Shown: positions 60,927 to 64,000 of the stretch, in pieces
Layout: every line of letters begins with the position of its first letter
Position numbering within the stretch: the stretch's first letter is position 1
Assembly: GCA_902626065.1 (NCBI GenBank)
Contig: CACODT010000001.1
Span: forward strand, 151,493 to 215,492
DNA length: 64,000 nucleotides
From: an uncultured Candidatus Actinomarina sp.
GTDB taxonomy: Bacteria > Actinomycetota > Acidimicrobiia > Actinomarinales > Actinomarinaceae
Reading direction: 5' to 3'
The notes under the pieces: model-generated
Databases searched by the model: none
What the model was told of the DNA's origin: nothing
Seen by the model: the letters and a program-made list of their open reading frames with translations, nothing else
Position numbers and translations under genes: made by a program

Positions 60927-61415
60927 TTAGGACATTGCTACAACAAGTTCAGTTGATGAAGCAGTAGCTAGAAGCTTTCCTTTCATGTCACGAAGTTCAC
61001 CGGTTAAAAAAATTACTTTTCTACCTAATTTATCAATTTTGCCCCGTGCCACTACCTCACCAGTATCGACACTTATCTGACTTAAATAATTGACTTTTAT
61101 ATCAGTTGTTAGCGCAATAAACCCTTTATCTAAATTGCATTGGGCAGAAATACTGTTGCAGGAATCTAAAAGTGTTGCTGCCAATCCTCCGTGAACACTT
61201 CCTATAGGGTTGTAATGAAATTCCTCTGGTTTGCAATAAAATGATGCCTGCCCTTTCTCATCAATTTCAATCTTGGTAAAACCCATTAATGATCCTATTC
61301 CAAAAGAATCTGGTTTTAGTTCAGTAAATAATTTACGCCTATCATCTTTATCTAGATTAAGTAGTTTTTCTGCAATATCTAATGGAGGATCCCAGGAGTG
61401 TGTTCTCTCACTCAT
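60927..61415 (-). CDS. PaaI-family hotdog thioesterase
   Basis: [17 protein letters not shown] and T.DIKVNYL motifs. Confidence 0.9.
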   Translation of the reverse strand: MSERTHSWDPPLDIAEKLLNLDKDDRRKLFTELKPDSFGIGSLMGFTKIEIDEKGQASFYCKPEEFHYNPIGSVHGGLAATLLDSCNSISAQCNLDKGFIALTTDIKVNYLSQISVDTGEVVARGKIDKLGRKVIFLTGELRDMKGKLLATASSTELVVAMS

Positions 61416-63355
61416 CGCTTGATTCAGATGATCTTGTTTGTAACTCAGATACTATGTCAGCGTTTGCTAACGTTGTAACATCTCCTAATTTTCTTTCTTC
61501 TGAAATATCTTTTAACAATCTTCTCATTATTTTTCCACTTCTAGTTTTTGGAAGATCGTTCGTAATAACAATACTTTTTGGCTTTGCAATTGGACCGATT
61601 TTATCGCTGACATGTTGTCTCAATGTAGAGATCAGTTCCTCGTTTCCTTCAAAGCCACCAATTAACGTAACGAATGCTGCGATGGCTTCACCTGAAATCT
61701 CATCGGCTCTTCCAATTACAGCTGCCTCAGCGACCGATTCATGTGCAACTAGTGCACTTTCTACTTCAGCAGTTGAAATTCTATGTCCAGATATATTCAT
61801 TACATCGTCAACTCTTCCCAAAAGCCAAAAATAACCATCATCATCATATTTAGCTCCATCCCCAGCAAAATACATGCCATCATATTTTGACCAATAGGTA
61901 TCTATATACCTTTTTTCATCACCAAATACTGTTCTTAGCATTGAAGGCCAGGGTGTTTTGATTGCTAAATATCCACCTTCACCCTTTTGAACTTCATTTC
62001 CGTTTTCATCAACAATTACTGCATCGATACCAGGCATTGGACCACATGCTGAGCCAGGTTTAGTGCTGGTAATGCCTGGAAGAGGGGTGATCATTATCGA
62101 ACCTGTCTCTGTTTGCCACCATGTATCAACGATGGCACACGATTCATTACCTATATTTTCGTGGTACCACATCCAAGCTTCTGGATTAATTGGTTCACCA
62201 ACAGTTCCAAGTAATCTAAGTGAAGTTAGATTATGTGCTTTTGGATGCTCAATACCCCACTTCATAAATGCCCTGATAGCTGTTGGAGCGGTATAGAAAA
62301 TATTTACCTTATACTTTTCGACAATGCTCCATAATCTTTTTTCATCTGGTGCGTTTGGTGCTCCCTCATACATTACACTTGTTGTTTTGTTTGCCAATGG
62401 TCCATACACAATGTAAGAATGACCTGTAACCCAACCACAATCTGCAGCACACCAATAAATGTCATCATCTTTTACATCAAATACTGCAGAGTGAGTTGTT
62501 GTCACGCCGGTTAAATATCCTGCTTGTGTATGTACGATTCCCTTTGGTTTTGCAGTTGTTCCTGATGTATAAAGAATATACAACATATCTTCCGCATTCA
62601 TCACCTCAGGTTCACATTCAGATTCCTGTTTATCCACAAGCTCGCTGTACCAATAATCTCTACCGTCAATCATTGATACATCATTCTCTGTTCTCTTTAC
62701 GACTATGACGCTCTCAATATGTTCTGTTAGCTCCAAAGAATCATCTACATTCTTTTTCAAGGGAACTATATCGCCCCTTCTCCAAGCACCATCAGCAGTA
62801 ATTACAACTTTTGCTTCGGCATCGTTGATTCTATCAGCCAATGCTTCAGCAGAGAAGCCACCAAAAACGACAGAGTGTACTGCACCTATTCTTGCACAGG
62901 CAAGCATTGAGATGACAATTTCAGGTGTCATTCCGAGATAAATTGCGATTCTATCTCCCTTCTTTACACCTAGCTCTTTGAGACCGTTTGAAAGCTTACA
63001 TACTCTCTCGTAAAGGTCTTGATAAGTGATTTCTTGAGTATCTCCAGGTTCTCCCTCCCAATAGAAAGCTATCCTTTCTCCGTCTGTCTCTAAGTGTCTA
63101 TCAAGACAGTTATATGATAGGTTCAATTCCCCATCTTTAAACCATTTGAAAAAATGGAGCATCCGTATCGTCTAGGATTTCTTTCGGCTCCTTGAACCAA
63201 GTTATTCTCTCTAAGGCCTGCTTCTGCCAATAAGCTAATCTATCGTTATCAGCTAAATCAAACCATTCTTTTGTGGCATTTGCATTTTCGGCAATACTCG
63301 GTGGTGGATCAAAAGTTCTATCTTCACCCAATAAATTTTCAATTTTTTCAGACAT
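61408..63355 (-). CDS. acs: Acetyl-CoA synthetase, split by a +1 frameshift at an A6 run (63149-63154)
   Basis: The 72-aa ORF is the Acs N-terminus (RTFDPP, YW..QA.RITW.K.P); the 584-aa ORF has [26 protein letters not shown]. Removing one base restores PFFKWF. Confidence 0.93.
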
Positions 63356-63358
63356 TTT

Positions 63359-63377
63359 TAATTACCTAAAGTAATTA
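63359..63377. promoter_or_regulatory. Inverted repeat TAATTAC-N5-GTAATTA overlapping a TATAAT -10 box upstream of acs (possible operator)
   Basis: Perfect 7-bp arms in the 30-bp cimA-acs gap; the - strand reads TATAATTACTTTAGGTAATTA. Confidence 0.4.
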
Positions 63378-63385
63378 TAAAAATT

Positions 63386-64000
63386 TTATGACGAACTTTC
63401 CATAAAATAATAATTAAAGCCATCACATAAAGCATTCCAGGATGCATTGATAATATTCTCATGGACCCCAATAGTACTCCAATTGATATCTCCATCGGTG
63501 AACTCTACTAAAACCCTTGTTTTCGCTTCTGTACCATCTGATGAATCTATGATTCTAACTTTGTAGTCAGTTAATTTAATCTTATCTACATCTGGATAAT
63601 TTTTGTTCAAGGCAGATTTCAAGGCTTTGTTCAATGCGTCAACTGGTCCTACTCCCTCTCCAGTCGTTACAAACCTCTCATCCTCAACAGAAATCTTACA
63701 TACAGCTTCAGATACAACGTTTTCAGAATTTCGTCTTTCGGAATAAACCCTAAAACTCTCAAATTCAAAAAAAGAAGGCTCTTCACCTTTTATTTTCTTC
63801 ATTAACAAATATAAAGAACCATCTGCTGCCTCAAACTGGAATCCTTGATGTTCAAGGTTTTGAACTTGTTCGATAAGGTTTTTTGCATCATCATCACTAA
63901 GCTCGATACCAAACTCCTTAGCCTTCGTGATCACGCTTGCTCTACCGGCTAATTCTGAAACTGTTGTTCTGGTATAATTTCCAACTTGATTTGCATTGAT
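63386..64000 (-). CDS. cimA: Citramalate synthase (LeuA/CimA family), C-terminal part
   Basis: VSELAGRAS, GFQFEAADGS, G.GPVDAL..AL, LTDYKVRI, WSTIGV..NII.ASW motifs. Confidence 0.85.
   Translation of the reverse strand: MNANQVGNYTRTTVSELAGRASVITKAKEFGIELSDDDAKNLIEQVQNLEHQGFQFEAADGSLYLLMKKIKGEEPSFFEFESFRVYSERRNSENVVSEAVCKISVEDERFVTTGEGVGPVDALNKALKSALNKNYPDVDKIKLTDYKVRIIDSSDGTEAKTRVLVEFTDGDINWSTIGVHENIINASWNALCDGFNYYFMESSS

Noticed and set aside
60235-60967. ORFs 60235-60537 and 60770-60967, plus the N-terminal extensions of tig and the flippase
   Set aside because: These are translations through tRNA genes.
42036-63355. proA and acs as true pseudogenes or a programmed frameshifting system
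   Set aside because: Each has a single +1 base in a homopolymer with no other decay and no evident stimulatory element; sequencing error is more parsimonious. Kept only as low-interest findings.

Overview
AT-rich (roughly 30% GC by eye), extremely gene-dense bacterial chromosome segment. Gene order (tig-clpP-clpX-valS-folC-ndk-mre-rne-rplU-rpmA-obg-proBA-nadD-rsfS-tRNA-Ala...leuS-holA/rpsT-lepA-rsmE-phoH-ybeY-uppS-glyQS-dnaG), alpha2-type GlyRS, an LCP protein, CCA-less tRNA genes and frequent leaderless-type promoters suggest a streamlined actinobacterium, most plausibly marine Ca. Actinomarina-like Acidimicrobiia (inference; no search run). 1-19.1 kb is a cell-surface glycan island: nucleotide-sugar enzymes, glycosyltransferases, two initiating transferases, an LCP ligase and two O-antigen-ligase-like proteins. 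A second small glycan cassette (32.9-38.4 kb) carries serC and a DUF1015/ParB-fold gene and is wedged between tRNA-Ala and leuS. The rest is housekeeping genes plus nine tRNAs. No rRNA, CRISPR, integrase or IS was seen. Most notable observations: (i) an O-antigen-ligase-like protein with an apparently circularly permuted LamG/concanavalin-like domain inserted in its catalytic loop; (ii) the serC + DUF1015-like pair inside a flippase/polymerase/GT cassette overlapping leuS; (iii) all nine tRNA genes encode C74 but none encodes CCA; (iv) widespread TANNNT-N6-8-start promoters; (v) three +1 homopolymer frameshifts (proA, acs, one ligase gene) that are probably sequencing errors.
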